This document shows positions 48,056 through 58,115 of a stretch of 64,000 bases of DNA, in pieces. The notes beneath the pieces are model-generated. The model ran no database searches and was not told the DNA's origin. It saw nothing but the letters and a program-made list of their open reading frames with translations. The translations under genes and the position numbers were made by a program. Within the stretch, counting starts at the first letter, position 1; each line of letters opens with the position of its first letter. The DNA is from a virus, in the IMG/VR virus record IMGVR_UViG_3300023174_005299, positions 8,512-72,511 of that record. One strand, written 5' to 3'.

Positions 48056-49038
48056 TCTTTACTTAAATCAATTTTCTCTAGTACGGGTAAAAAGGTGGTT
48101 CTCAAGCTGTCCATTTGCTTTCGAAGCCCAGCTGGAGTTAACTCATCTTCTACATAAAACACCACATTAAGGTCACGCCATTCTGCATACTCTTTGCTTT
48201 TAATTGCAGTACTAAATGTCTTTTGATACCAGTCCACAATCTCGGGTGCAGTACCTTTGGGCAATTGAATACTCCAGGCAGCATACACATTTATACCTGG
48301 TGCTACATCACGCAACAAAGGTACTGAGGGGAATTGTGGCATACGTTGTGTGCCTGTGAATCCAATGGCCTTGACCTTGCCTGCTTCTACTAGAGGGCGT
48401 GCCACAGCAATGGGCATGACACCAAATTCTGTTCCTCCCAGTTTGGGATCAAATGATGCCACACTCATCACAGCGGGCTGTGGGCCGTTGAATTTAATGG
48501 GCTTGACTTGATCTCTGTTGCCATTACCACGTTCCATTAAAAATTCAAATGCAGTACGATGTGCACCGCCACCTACTCCAATATTAATGGGCTTTGTAGT
48601 AGTTGAAATTAACCGTACAAAGTCCTGCGGTGTGTTAACTGCACTACTGGGATGTGCCACCAATACCAATGGGCTTTTGCCCATGGTTAACACATCAATG
48701 AAATCATCATATCGAAATTTCTTTACTGACTTTTCCCAGATGTCATTTGTGACATATGTGCTCATGTGGCTGGGCAAGTTAATTGTGTGGCCGTCGGGTG
48801 CTTCAGTTTTAAAATGATTTTGTGCGATTACGCTGTCTGCACCTGGACGATTTTCAACTACGTATACAAACTTGGGGTGACTTGTTTTTTGTACAATCTC
48901 GGCTAATTTTCTAAATGCAATTTCGTTGCCGGCTCCGGGCGTGTTGCCTACAATCACAGTGACTGGCTTTGTGGGCTGCCACTGGGCGTGGACTAAGGTG
49001 CTTGCGGTAACAAGCAATAGTGCTAATAAACGTTTCAT
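48052..49038 (-). CDS. tripartite tricarboxylate transporter receptor (Bug/TctC)
   Basis: Signal peptide, WQPTKPVTVIVG..PG, VENRPGA, PDGHT. Confidence 0.88.
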   Translation of the reverse strand: MKRLLALLLVTASTLVHAQWQPTKPVTVIVGNTPGAGNEIAFRKLAEIVQKTSHPKFVYVVENRPGADSVIAQNHFKTEAPDGHTINLPSHMSTYVTNDIWEKSVKKFRYDDFIDVLTMGKSPLVLVAHPSSAVNTPQDFVRLISTTTKPINIGVGGGAHRTAFEFLMERGNGNRDQVKPIKFNGPQPAVMSVASFDPKLGGTEFGVMPIAVARPLVEAGKVKAIGFTGTQRMPQFPSVPLLRDVAPGINVYAAWSIQLPKGTAPEIVDWYQKTFSTAIKSKEYAEWRDLNVVFYVEDELTPAGLRKQMDSLRTTFLPVLEKIDLSKE

Positions 49039-49595
49039 TTTGTTTCCTTAAAAAGTAAGTTTTCTATTTCGTCTGGAAGCCATGGCCTATCCATGCGTTC
49101 GGGATGCCAGACCACCCCTGCCAGTGTACCATCAATCCAGGACTCAACATGTCCATCTTGATCCGTACACAGCACAGTACCTGTGGGGTGCAATTGTTGA
49201 ATAGCCAGGTTGTGAAAGCTATTGACCATTACTTCTTCCCCAAAGTACATCACCAGGTGCAGTGTTTCAGAGTGGTCACCAACAGCAGCCACCACACTAC
49301 CTCCCAATAAATCTGTTAACATAAATGCACCGTGACATACACCAATCACAGGTTTGTTCAGGAACATCATTTGTTTTGCAAGTTTAATTTCTGTTATTCT
49401 GCGTAAAGAACTATCATCACCACCGGTGATAACAAACGCATCTAAAGATTTGGCAATTATTTTAAAATCCTGCCCAGGATCATTTCTTATAGGGCAGAGC
49501 GTATGTTGTTTAAAATATGAATACCATCCATGTTCAAGTGCATCATACGCTCTTCCTTGATGCCATAGGATTCGTTGACTTAATCCTATGTGCAA
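49035..49595 (-). CDS. class I glutamine amidotransferase-like (peptidase C26) protein
   Basis: ITGG, GVCHG nucleophile, NSFH, WHPE. Confidence 0.85.
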   Translation of the reverse strand: MHIGLSQRILWHQGRAYDALEHGWYSYFKQHTLCPIRNDPGQDFKIIAKSLDAFVITGGDDSSLRRITEIKLAKQMMFLNKPVIGVCHGAFMLTDLLGGSVVAAVGDHSETLHLVMYFGEEVMVNSFHNLAIQQLHPTGTVLCTDQDGHVESWIDGTLAGVVWHPERMDRPWLPDEIENLLFKETK

Positions 49596-49596
49596 A

Positions 49597-50295
49597 TTAC
49601 CAACCGTATGCGTCAGCTACTAGTTCACGGCCTGAATTGGCTGCAACTGTGTTTTTGCATGAAATTTCATACAAGTCACGACGCATGGCTTTTACCAAAC
49701 TTTCGATACGCTCTTGCTCTTCGGCTGTGCCTACAAACTTCTCTAATGCTCTAGCACCGATCTTTGCGTGAAAACCTTCATCGCGGGCAATTTTAGCATA
49801 AGCACCAGAGATGAATGTATCATCAATGCAACGTGCCATTTCGTCCCACACAGCTTCTGCACGGCCTTCGGCGACCAACTGATAAGCAGCCAAGGCAGCA
49901 GGATCAGTCTCAGCACTGTACTTGGCCAGCAATCCAGCACCTTTGGCAGTGGGCTTGGCGGCTTCTGCGGCAATGGCAGCGTTGACATCAACTGGGCTAC
50001 CTTGAATGTGCTCAATGACTTCTTTGACTAAACGGAAGTGAATTGCTTCGTCATGTGCTTGTTGCGTTAACAATTGCAATTCAACTGGATCTGCATCAGC
50101 TGGCATGTCAGCAATGGCACGGCTGATTTCAACCATGTTCATACGCTCGTTGACCATGCGACCAATAAAGTGCTCTACCAATTCTTCTTGAGCAGGTTTT
50201 GAATCAAAGTAAGCCTTGACATTGTGTTGGCTGGCTTTGAAAAGGGCTTGGTTGTCCTGAACCAATTTTTCTACAAACTGTTTTCCTGTAAGCAT
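49597..50295 (-). CDS. ferritin-like diiron protein
   Basis: E...DEAIH and E...DEGFH ExxH pairs. Confidence 0.75.
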   Translation of the reverse strand: MLTGKQFVEKLVQDNQALFKASQHNVKAYFDSKPAQEELVEHFIGRMVNERMNMVEISRAIADMPADADPVELQLLTQQAHDEAIHFRLVKEVIEHIQGSPVDVNAAIAAEAAKPTAKGAGLLAKYSAETDPAALAAYQLVAEGRAEAVWDEMARCIDDTFISGAYAKIARDEGFHAKIGARALEKFVGTAEEQERIESLVKAMRRDLYEISCKNTVAANSGRELVADAYGW

Positions 50296-50391
50296 GTTGT
50301 CTCCTTAGATATATACTTAATCAAAAAACAAGAGACTGCAAAATTTTTTGCTATTTCTTGTAAAATTATTTACCTTTTTAAAAAAATTTAT

Positions 50392-51126
50392 ATGAACACC
50401 AAAATTTTTAATCTAATCCACGAAAATTTGCTTCGTGCGTTTAATTTACCCAAGTATGAAAATATTTGTGACAACATTGGACCGCATACAATTGTGGACA
50501 CGTTGCCCTGGACTCCAGCACGTTATCGCAAGTTCAAAGATGCGGTAGAAGCAGAATTGCAATTGCCTTGCGATTATGTAGGTACATTACGCGGCATTGT
50601 AGACGATCTATCTGAACGCTACATCCTGCGTTTCTTTAGTGAGATTTGGAAGCCCAGAACCGGCGATTATGAACACACCGGATGGGAGTTGGCTGAAGAA
50701 ATTAACAAGTTAAATCCTGAAAAGGTGCTAGATGTTGGCTGCGGGTATCATCCGTTTAAAGGGCGTATCAACAACCTAATTGGTATTGATCCCTATAACA
50801 ACTGTGCCGACTACGAAGTAGATATCCTAGACTACAAAGTCAAACCTGAGAGTCACGATGTCATCATGGCCTTGGGTTCAATAAACTTCAATGATCGTGC
50901 GGAAATCGAAGCACGTTTTGCACACTGTGTGAATTTACTGAAACCGGGCGGTCGATTCTATTTGCGAGCCAATCCTGGTATCACACACAAGACAGGTCCT
51001 TATGTTGAAATCTTTCCTTGGACGTTTGAAGTGGTAAATGATTTTGCAGAAACCTACAATTTACACCTAGACACATTTAAAAAAGATGCCAACGATAGAC
51101 TGTATTTTGTCTACACCAAGTTGTAA
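50392..51126 (+). CDS. class I SAM-dependent methyltransferase with N-terminal extension
   Basis: VLDVGCG, GID, LLKPGG; likely start MNTKIF at 50392. Confidence 0.85.
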   Translation: MNTKIFNLIHENLLRAFNLPKYENICDNIGPHTIVDTLPWTPARYRKFKDAVEAELQLPCDYVGTLRGIVDDLSERYILRFFSEIWKPRTGDYEHTGWELAEEINKLNPEKVLDVGCGYHPFKGRINNLIGIDPYNNCADYEVDILDYKVKPESHDVIMALGSINFNDRAEIEARFAHCVNLLKPGGRFYLRANPGITHKTGPYVEIFPWTFEVVNDFAETYNLHLDTFKKDANDRLYFVYTKL

Positions 51127-51794
51127 TTGTTAAGTGCAGATTGTACGTGCGGCCAAAGATACTCACTGGCCGCTTGGTGTGCATGTTCCAAGGGATGCAA
51201 TGTTTTGCTGATGTCAAAATTGTTGTCCTGGCTCCAGTGCAAAAAGTTCTTTCCATCAAAATCTGTTATGTAAGGACGCACTTGATTCTGCAGTTCTATG
51301 ATGCTTGATGGCACATGCCAGTTTTGATCAAATATCAGTGAAGAATCCATGCAGGTCATCACAAACGGACACTTCTTTTCTTTGAGTATGTCTATGGCCA
51401 CTTTGATGTTGATCAAGGTTGTGAACTTGTCCCTAAACTCGCTGTGAAAATTTTTGTAATATGTCTTGGCTTCCGGGGAATCTGTAATTGGACAAATAGT
51501 GGTGTAATCCTTGGTGGTGCTACTGGTATCCAGGTCACCATAGTCGAATCGAGCACTGTAAGACCAACCAATCAAGAACAACGATTGTTCGTTGCTGGCA
51601 GCGTCCCTGAGTATGCAATCTAAAATTTGTAGATTTCCAGCTCCGCCCTTGGCTCGACACACATAGGGTTGCTGTAGTTTTGCAGCCGTCAATGCTGGCC
51701 ATGTAAAATTGCTGGGAGTATAAGAGCCGTTGCGGCCTTCGTCAGCTAAATCTGTGCCAAAGATAAAGCTACATCCATAACTTCGTGTAATCAT
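51111..51794 (-). CDS. SGNH-like hypothetical protein
   Basis: GCSFIFG, G.GN, HPLEHAH. Confidence 0.5.
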   Translation of the reverse strand: MITRSYGCSFIFGTDLADEGRNGSYTPSNFTWPALTAAKLQQPYVCRAKGGAGNLQILDCILRDAASNEQSLFLIGWSYSARFDYGDLDTSSTTKDYTTICPITDSPEAKTYYKNFHSEFRDKFTTLINIKVAIDILKEKKCPFVMTCMDSSLIFDQNWHVPSSIIELQNQVRPYITDFDGKNFLHWSQDNNFDISKTLHPLEHAHQAASEYLWPHVQSALNNYNLV

Positions 51795-51808
51795 AGTATA
51801 TAAAAAAA

Positions 51809-52363
51809 TTATATACCAGCGATGTTCTGTAGTTGTCGAATATCTGGTTGGCGGTCAAAAATCTGCACTGGTTGTATACCAGCAGCCACTCGCATCTCAT
51901 TGAGACCTTGTTCTTTTTCTTGACGATATAGGTGCGGACTCAATGGAACCAAACGATCAAATTCTTCACGACTGAAGGGATAATCTTTGTCATTGTAATG
52001 CATGGTCCAATCCTTGGGCTCAAACTCAGTTAGAGTGGATAAATCTTCGAGTAGCTGTGCAACCCATTCTCCGGCATTGCTTCTGCGACGCATTTCAATG
52101 TACACCAAATAACGCCCGGGCTTGATTTCTCCGGGACTTTGATCAGCATCCATGACAAAATCATAGCCTTTTTCAAACCAAGATGCCAGATCACGAGCAG
52201 CCTGTTTGCTACGAACAAAGAAACTGATGACAATGATTTCATCATCATCACCCATTTTGCTGGCAAACTCATCTATGTGAACAGTGGGCTTTAACATGCC
52301 CTCCATGTCTTTGTATTCAAGAGCTTCAAATAGATGGAGCGATTGGTTGTTGAGGTTGTGCAT
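51809..52363 (-). CDS. hypothetical phage protein
   Basis: IDEFASKMGDD; ends LQNIAGI; start uncertain. Confidence 0.7.
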   Translation of the reverse strand: MHNLNNQSLHLFEALEYKDMEGMLKPTVHIDEFASKMGDDDEIIVISFFVRSKQAARDLASWFEKGYDFVMDADQSPGEIKPGRYLVYIEMRRRSNAGEWVAQLLEDLSTLTEFEPKDWTMHYNDKDYPFSREEFDRLVPLSPHLYRQEKEQGLNEMRVAAGIQPVQIFDRQPDIRQLQNIAGI

Positions 52364-52928
52364 TTGGTTGTCCTGGTGCCAGCTCAGTCTGTTGTGCTTG
52401 TGCTGGCGCATTTTTAAATTCTTCTTGATCTATGTCTTTTTCGTAGGCCTGATCCAAGTCTTCAAGATCAATGGATTCGTCTTCTAGATCAATACTGCCG
52501 GTCCTGATGTCAGTCATCAAGCTCTTGGGCATGGTGATCTCCACCAGCCAGACTGGACGCTTGATCAATCTTGCCTTGTGTGTGCCCGGAAGATAATCAT
52601 CAGGATCTTCGACTTTGATTGGAATACTTATTTCGGTTTTTTTGAACTTGACTTCGCAGTCAAACGGCAATAATCTGCGACCGCCGCGGGGGTCAGGCAT
52701 CAATGATGCTGGGTACATGAACGTACAACTGACCTTGTATCTGCCAATCACTGGTCCTGACACCAGCTCGCCAAGACTCCAGTTTTTAAAGGCATATAGA
52801 TCCAATTCATCTAACACACGCTCAAAGTCCAAAAGGCTGAGAATACTGCCATCGCTCATGTACAGTTTTTTGATATTGTCAGCTACTAGCCAGTAGTCTG
52901 TGTGATTGCGGAAAATGTCCTTGTCCAT
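52326..52928 (-). CDS. hypothetical phage protein
   Basis: 200 aa, MPDPRGG motif, TAAATA upstream. Confidence 0.75.
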   Translation of the reverse strand: MDKDIFRNHTDYWLVADNIKKLYMSDGSILSLLDFERVLDELDLYAFKNWSLGELVSGPVIGRYKVSCTFMYPASLMPDPRGGRRLLPFDCEVKFKKTEISIPIKVEDPDDYLPGTHKARLIKRPVWLVEITMPKSLMTDIRTGSIDLEDESIDLEDLDQAYEKDIDQEEFKNAPAQAQQTELAPGQPNAQPQQPIAPSI

Positions 52929-53070
52929 GCAAGTATTTATACTTGCTGTAGGCTTTTGTTGTATAACAAGATTTCAGAGTTAGAATAATACTTAGTCGAT
53001 ATTAATTAGATATAACACACACGAAAACTGGCACAACAACACTCTAAATACTTGTGCAAAGGTAGCCACT

Positions 53071-53838
53071 ATGACTAAAGGAGAAATAGATTTGAGTCGA
53101 GCAAGAGGAACCAAGGCGCAACAACGTCGTTTGTTACACCAACAAATGGAAGTCGAAAATACAATCAACTTCAAACTAGCTTCAAAACAACAATCAAAGC
53201 GTATTGAATTAAAACCAAAATCGCTGGCACAAGAAAAGCTAATACTAAGTCTAACAGACCCCAACACATATGTAACTGTGGCTGTGGGTCCAGCGGGCAC
53301 CGGAAAAAGTTATCTAGCAATGCTGGCAGCTTTGAAGGCCTTTAAATCAGGAGAATGCCAAAAAATAATTCTCACACGTCCAGCAGTGGGTGTGGAAGAT
53401 GAAAAACATGGATTTTTACCCGGGGACTTAAACAAGAAAATGGAACCTTGGACTCGTCCATTACTTGACATAATGAAGGAATTTTACCATCCCAAAGATG
53501 TCATGAAAATGATCGAAGATGAAGTCATTGAGATTTCGCCCTTGGCATTCATGCGTGGTCGAACATTTAAAAATGCCTGGATTGTGGCAGATGAAATGCA
53601 GAATGCCACGCCTAACCAAGTCAAGATGTTGTTGACCCGCATTGGGGAAAACAGCAAGATCATTGTCACTGGTGACGTTGAACAAACGGACAAAAACACC
53701 AGCAACAATGGGTTACTAGATCTCTGCGCCAAACTCAAGGCTTCAAAGTTTGCTGGCCTAGAAGTGTGCGAGCTAGGAGTGCGCGATGTCCAGCGCCATC
53801 CAATTATAAGTTCAGTACTTCAGCTATACAGCCAATGA
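53071..53838 (+). CDS. phoH: PhoH-like ATPase
   Basis: GPAGTGKS, GFLPG, MRGRTF, DEMQN, TGDVEQ. Confidence 0.93.
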   Translation: MTKGEIDLSRARGTKAQQRRLLHQQMEVENTINFKLASKQQSKRIELKPKSLAQEKLILSLTDPNTYVTVAVGPAGTGKSYLAMLAALKAFKSGECQKIILTRPAVGVEDEKHGFLPGDLNKKMEPWTRPLLDIMKEFYHPKDVMKMIEDEVIEISPLAFMRGRTFKNAWIVADEMQNATPNQVKMLLTRIGENSKIIVTGDVEQTDKNTSNNGLLDLCAKLKASKFAGLEVCELGVRDVQRHPIISSVLQLYSQ

Positions 53839-53839
53839 C

Positions 53840-54433
53840 CTAAGATTGACCCACAATGATTTCGTAAATCTCTCGCCAGTTTTTTACACGAGGAACTTGT
53901 GGGTCTTCATAGTCCATGTTATGACCATGCTCCATGAGCAATGGTTTTAGTCCCACTGCTAACCCAGACTGACAGTTTGCAATCTTGTCTTCAATCCACC
54001 AAAGCCCAGTGTCGGTGTAAGGGGCCAAGGCCTCATCTTTGTCTGCTCCAGTGTCCAGGAATATGAATTTATCAAATGCTGTTTTGCCAAACAATTTGTT
54101 GAGATTCATTCTACGCAGTTCTTGTGCATTTTCATCTTTGCTGAGTGATGTGATGGCATGAAACACATACCCATGTTCCTCGTGCAAGCGTTTAATGTAG
54201 TACATGGCATCACGCAAGGGCGGTAAAAAGCCAATTGATGCTGACTCATTGAAAATTTTAATTAGTTTTTTGCCTTGGCTGCTGTCAATACCATATTTTT
54301 TACCAATATCATACTTGAGCTCACCGCCGGGCACTTTGTTAAAGCCGTGTTGCTGTAAATAGACGTTGAATGCATATTCCCAGTCCAGGCAAACACCATC
54401 AATGTCAGTTAGTATTACTTTGTTTTGCTTCAT
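53840..54433 (-). CDS. HAD-superfamily 5'-nucleotidase-like protein
   Basis: DIDGV motif I, WIEDK motif IV. Confidence 0.8.
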   Translation of the reverse strand: MKQNKVILTDIDGVCLDWEYAFNVYLQQHGFNKVPGGELKYDIGKKYGIDSSQGKKLIKIFNESASIGFLPPLRDAMYYIKRLHEEHGYVFHAITSLSKDENAQELRRMNLNKLFGKTAFDKFIFLDTGADKDEALAPYTDTGLWWIEDKIANCQSGLAVGLKPLLMEHGHNMDYEDPQVPRVKNWREIYEIIVGQS

Positions 54434-54704
54434 TTATTTTTTTCAAGTTGTCAATGATTGATAATTTAGATTCAATACCGTCAATGATTTTAGAATAGTG
54501 TTGGTAGTAAAAATCTCTAATTCGCTGCCATTCTTTTGGTACCTGAGTACCGGCCAAACTACATTGTAGCACAGATTGGGTTTTAAAGTCAAGAATGACG
54601 TTGGCCATTTGATAGTGTCTGGGTTTTAAACTTTTTTCCAAGGTCACTTGCTCATCCATTTTGCCATCTGGTTTGCGCACATAAGTGATTACAAAATATC
54701 TCAT
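54405..54704 (-). CDS. hypothetical protein
   Basis: 99 aa coupled ORF. Confidence 0.7.
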   Translation of the reverse strand: MRYFVITYVRKPDGKMDEQVTLEKSLKPRHYQMANVILDFKTQSVLQCSLAGTQVPKEWQRIRDFYYQHYSKIIDGIESKLSIIDNLKKINEAKQSNTN

Positions 54705-55786
54705 GTTAATTCAATTCCTAAAAAATCTTTGTGTTTTAAATTTCTACGCTGGTCAATGTCATTGATGTATTTGGCCAGAATATCTGGCTGTCCAGTCTTG
54801 GCCAACAATGTCAATACTGTGTCCACTCGTGATTTAAAAATTACATCCTTGGTGTAGAACTTGCTGTTTTTCAATGTGTCCCATTTGGATTCCATTAGTT
54901 TTTTCACTGATGTTGGCAAATTTTCCACCTGTAGTTCCGGGGGATTTACTAATATATCCAAGTCCCAGTGATCTGCATAATGTTCTATACTCACTAACTC
55001 AGGTATGCCCATGATCGATACTGCATCAACCACAGTGTTGAACATGATGGTGCAATTAATTGATTTGGCCCACTCTAAATTACGAATAAATTTATTCCAT
55101 TTTAACGGCCAGCGATGATATTCATTCACAGCACCATATGCGTCAACACTGACTGTGAGTGTGAGTTTTTTGATTTTTGCCAGCGTTTGTTCAAGTTCGT
55201 CGGTGACCGAAGTCAAGTTGGTGTTGATCACAACTTCAGGCTGTGTTTCCAATTCACTAACTGCCTTTAACACATCAATGAATGACTCAATGATCAATGG
55301 TTCACCACCGGCCATGTAGATCTTCTTAGATTTTAGTATGTCACTAAGTGACCATGGGGGAGTGTGTTTTGCAACAGTGACTTCTAGTTCTTTGGCCCAA
55401 AGGCTGCTGTGCCTGGGTCCACATCCAATACAGGCTAGATTGCATTTGTTGTCATACCGCAGATCATAAAACCAAATTTGATCCGGGCTTTGGTCATGCC
55501 AGGCCTGTATATAACTCTTGACTTCGTTGTCACGCAACCATCTAGCAGTTTCTCTCAAACGCGGACTTATTGCACCCTGCTGTTCCACTGAATAACATGC
55601 ATTGCAGTGAGAAATTTTTTCACCAGCCAACAACTTGGATTTAAGTGATTGCATGGCTGCCGAATCACTGTAGTCTATGTTTTCACTGCTGTAACAACAC
55701 AGATGTTGGTGGCCGGATGTGTCTTGAAACCTTGTGATAAAAGGTAGTACACAAAATGCAGGATTTTTTAAGAGCTGAGCTGACAT
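54701..55786 (-). CDS. radical SAM protein with N-terminal Cys-rich region
   Basis: CNLACIGC, GGEP, NTN, SVD. Confidence 0.88.
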   Translation of the reverse strand: MSAQLLKNPAFCVLPFITRFQDTSGHQHLCCYSSENIDYSDSAAMQSLKSKLLAGEKISHCNACYSVEQQGAISPRLRETARWLRDNEVKSYIQAWHDQSPDQIWFYDLRYDNKCNLACIGCGPRHSSLWAKELEVTVAKHTPPWSLSDILKSKKIYMAGGEPLIIESFIDVLKAVSELETQPEVVINTNLTSVTDELEQTLAKIKKLTLTVSVDAYGAVNEYHRWPLKWNKFIRNLEWAKSINCTIMFNTVVDAVSIMGIPELVSIEHYADHWDLDILVNPPELQVENLPTSVKKLMESKWDTLKNSKFYTKDVIFKSRVDTVLTLLAKTGQPDILAKYINDIDQRRNLKHKDFLGIELT

Positions 55787-56691
55787 AGCTCAATGAGAGT
55801 GGCGCTTAAATTTATTTCTGGGTCAGCAACAAAGCTGTGATTCACTAGGCCTTGACGAATGATAACAATGGCTTGATCTTGGGCATGCAAATCAGAGCTC
55901 CAGATATCCAAGTTGTCATACATCCAGCGGAACACATCTTCCATTTCATCGGGCCTGGCACTTTGGCACATCAATGTACGTGCCGCACGTACTTTGCCAT
56001 CTTTAAACAATTGTACCACATCCGCTTTCCATTCTCTCACACCACCTTCATCACCATGTGGTGTACTCAACTTGCCTTCGGTGCTGTTCATTTGACACAT
56101 GTTTAGGCATTTGCGCAGATCAGGATAAGTGGCCTTGACATAAGTGTCAAGCGTGTCAAGATCAAACTCAACACTTTCTGTGACCAACACAGTGGCAATC
56201 CTGGCTGTGAATTCAGTGACGTCAATACGATCAATGTGGAACCCTTGGCACCGACTATGCAATGCTGGAATGATGCGATTGGGATAGTTGCAAGTGAGAA
56301 TAAATCTTGCACTGGTGTGATACATTTCCATGACTCCACGCAAGGCTGCTTGCCCATTGGGTGTGATGTAGTCAGCTTCATCAAGAAGCACCACTTTAAA
56401 TGCACCAAACGGCATGGTTTGTACAAATCCTGTGATCTTGTCACGAATAGTGTCCACTGAATTTTCACGGCTGGCGTTGATTTCTAACACATCATATTCA
56501 TCGATACCCAGTTCATGAATCAACATCTTGGCCAAAGTTGTTTTGCCCACCCCCGGGGCGCCACTAAACAACAAGTGTGGAATGGAAGCATTTTTGACCC
56601 AGCTCTCAACTTGTTGTCGTTGATCACTATCTCGAAAAACATAGTCCTCTATGTTGTTGGGTCTGTACGTTTCGGTCCATAAATCTTTCAT
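55768..56691 (-). CDS. clamp loader AAA+ subunit (RFC small/gp44-like)
   Basis: WTETYRP, GAPGVGKT, EINAS, LDEAD, SRC. Confidence 0.93.
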   Translation of the reverse strand: MKDLWTETYRPNNIEDYVFRDSDQRQQVESWVKNASIPHLLFSGAPGVGKTTLAKMLIHELGIDEYDVLEINASRENSVDTIRDKITGFVQTMPFGAFKVVLLDEADYITPNGQAALRGVMEMYHTSARFILTCNYPNRIIPALHSRCQGFHIDRIDVTEFTARIATVLVTESVEFDLDTLDTYVKATYPDLRKCLNMCQMNSTEGKLSTPHGDEGGVREWKADVVQLFKDGKVRAARTLMCQSARPDEMEDVFRWMYDNLDIWSSDLHAQDQAIVIIRQGLVNHSFVADPEINLSATLIELCQLSS

Positions 56692-57161
56692 TTTGTTAAA
56701 TCCTTTAATACTTCAACTTGCACTACACGTTTTCTTAAACTGCTACTGGAGAATGAATGATCTCGCCCATTAAACACAAGCTCAATGCCACGATCAGCTC
56801 CTTCATATCGGCCGGTAAAATCCTTGTCTTGATATTCTACTCCCAGGATACGCACATCCAAGGGCAGGATCAACAATAAGTCAACCAAGTCTTGTTCGGT
56901 TTGATACACAACTACTTCGTCAACATAGCGACAAGCACTCAGCTGAATTTGTCTCTCAACAATGCTTTGCACCGGTTTGTTTTTAGTGTCTGGCCGGTCA
57001 ATGGTGGGATCAGTTTGCAATCCGCAGATCAAATAGTCACAGTGATTTTTGGCTTCGCTGAGCATGGCAATATGCCCAGCATGAAGTAAGTCAAACGTTG
57101 AGAAAGTGATTCCAATACGTTTGCCTTCTGATTTGAGTTTTTTAATATGGTTGAATATCAT
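56688..57161 (-). CDS. cytidylyltransferase (TagD-like)
   Basis: FDLLHAGH, SSSSLR. Confidence 0.88.
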   Translation of the reverse strand: MIFNHIKKLKSEGKRIGITFSTFDLLHAGHIAMLSEAKNHCDYLICGLQTDPTIDRPDTKNKPVQSIVERQIQLSACRYVDEVVVYQTEQDLVDLLLILPLDVRILGVEYQDKDFTGRYEGADRGIELVFNGRDHSFSSSSLRKRVVQVEVLKDLTK

Positions 57162-57186
57162 TTGATAGAATGTAACAATTTTTTAT

Positions 57187-57215
57187 ATTATAACATAAAA
57201 AATGCTGCCATGCAA
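57187..57215 (-). promoter_or_regulatory. sigma70-type promoter
   Basis: TTGCAT-N17-TATAAT with extended -10 TG. Confidence 0.65.
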
Positions 57216-57230
57216 AAGACATGTTACCGA

Positions 57231-57608
57231 TTATCGTGTTTTGGCCTGTGCTTGAATAGCATCACTCATGGTGTCATCAGACGGTCTTTCGTCTGAGATC
57301 AGTAAAATATCTTTGGGATCAATTTTACGTATGGTTTTTTTGCCTTCATCGTCTTCAATGTCAAGACCTCGACTCCAGCGTCCATGCGCCACACAGATCC
57401 AGTCACCAATTTTGACGTCTTGTTGGTTGGGTCCAATGGCATAAACACGACCCCAACGTGGTCGAATGCCAGCAGTGGTTCCGTTGTCATCTAATAAAAT
57501 AATACCACTGGACAAGATTCGAACATCAAACACCATGTCTGTGGCAATGACATCGCTGTTGAGTGCTGTGAGTTTTTTGATACGTGAAGGAGAAAATGCA
57601 GGTTTCAT
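57231..57608 (-). CDS. GroES-like co-chaperonin
   Basis: SSGIIL mobile loop, GRVYAIGP, VKIGD, KDIL. Confidence 0.75.
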   Translation of the reverse strand: MKPAFSPSRIKKLTALNSDVIATDMVFDVRILSSGIILLDDNGTTAGIRPRWGRVYAIGPNQQDVKIGDWICVAHGRWSRGLDIEDDEGKKTIRKIDPKDILLISDERPSDDTMSDAIQAQAKTR

Positions 57609-57610
57609 GT

Positions 57611-58054
57611 TTAAATTCTTTGAGTCCCGGGGCGTTGTGTACGCAGTTGTGGTAATGGTTCTTGTTTTACTTCTCTGGCTCGAGCAATGGCAGCTGCCAG
57701 GCCGCCAGATTCTGGCACAGCAGGCGCAGGCGCAGACACCACTACTTCTTCTTTGACAAAATCATCATTGAAATCTTCGGGTGGTGCTGGAATATCGGGC
57801 ACAACATTTTTTTGTGTTCGATTGGACTTTCTTTTGTGATCCAGTCGTGTTTCTGACACATTGGTGGTTTGTTTGCTGTACTGACTTGACACCTGTTTGT
57901 TTCTAGTTGAAATAGGTCTATTATCAGCGTCAACTAAGTCTCCACGGGCATTAACACTCATGTTACCCACAGCCCTTACTGTTTCGTTTTGCAACTGTAA
58001 TGCTCCAAGGTCAACCATTTTCCCTTGTGCGGTTCGATAAACTTTTCTAGTCAT
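57611..58054 (-). CDS. hypothetical protein
   Basis: RAVGNMSVNARGD motif; GGAG RBS. Confidence 0.75.
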   Translation of the reverse strand: MTRKVYRTAQGKMVDLGALQLQNETVRAVGNMSVNARGDLVDADNRPISTRNKQVSSQYSKQTTNVSETRLDHKRKSNRTQKNVVPDIPAPPEDFNDDFVKEEVVVSAPAPAVPESGGLAAAIARAREVKQEPLPQLRTQRPGTQRI

Positions 58055-58115
58055 TAAATTCTCCTTGTATGCTGTACTTATTGCGGTGTCAACGGCAAAG
58101 ATAAAATATACTTTG

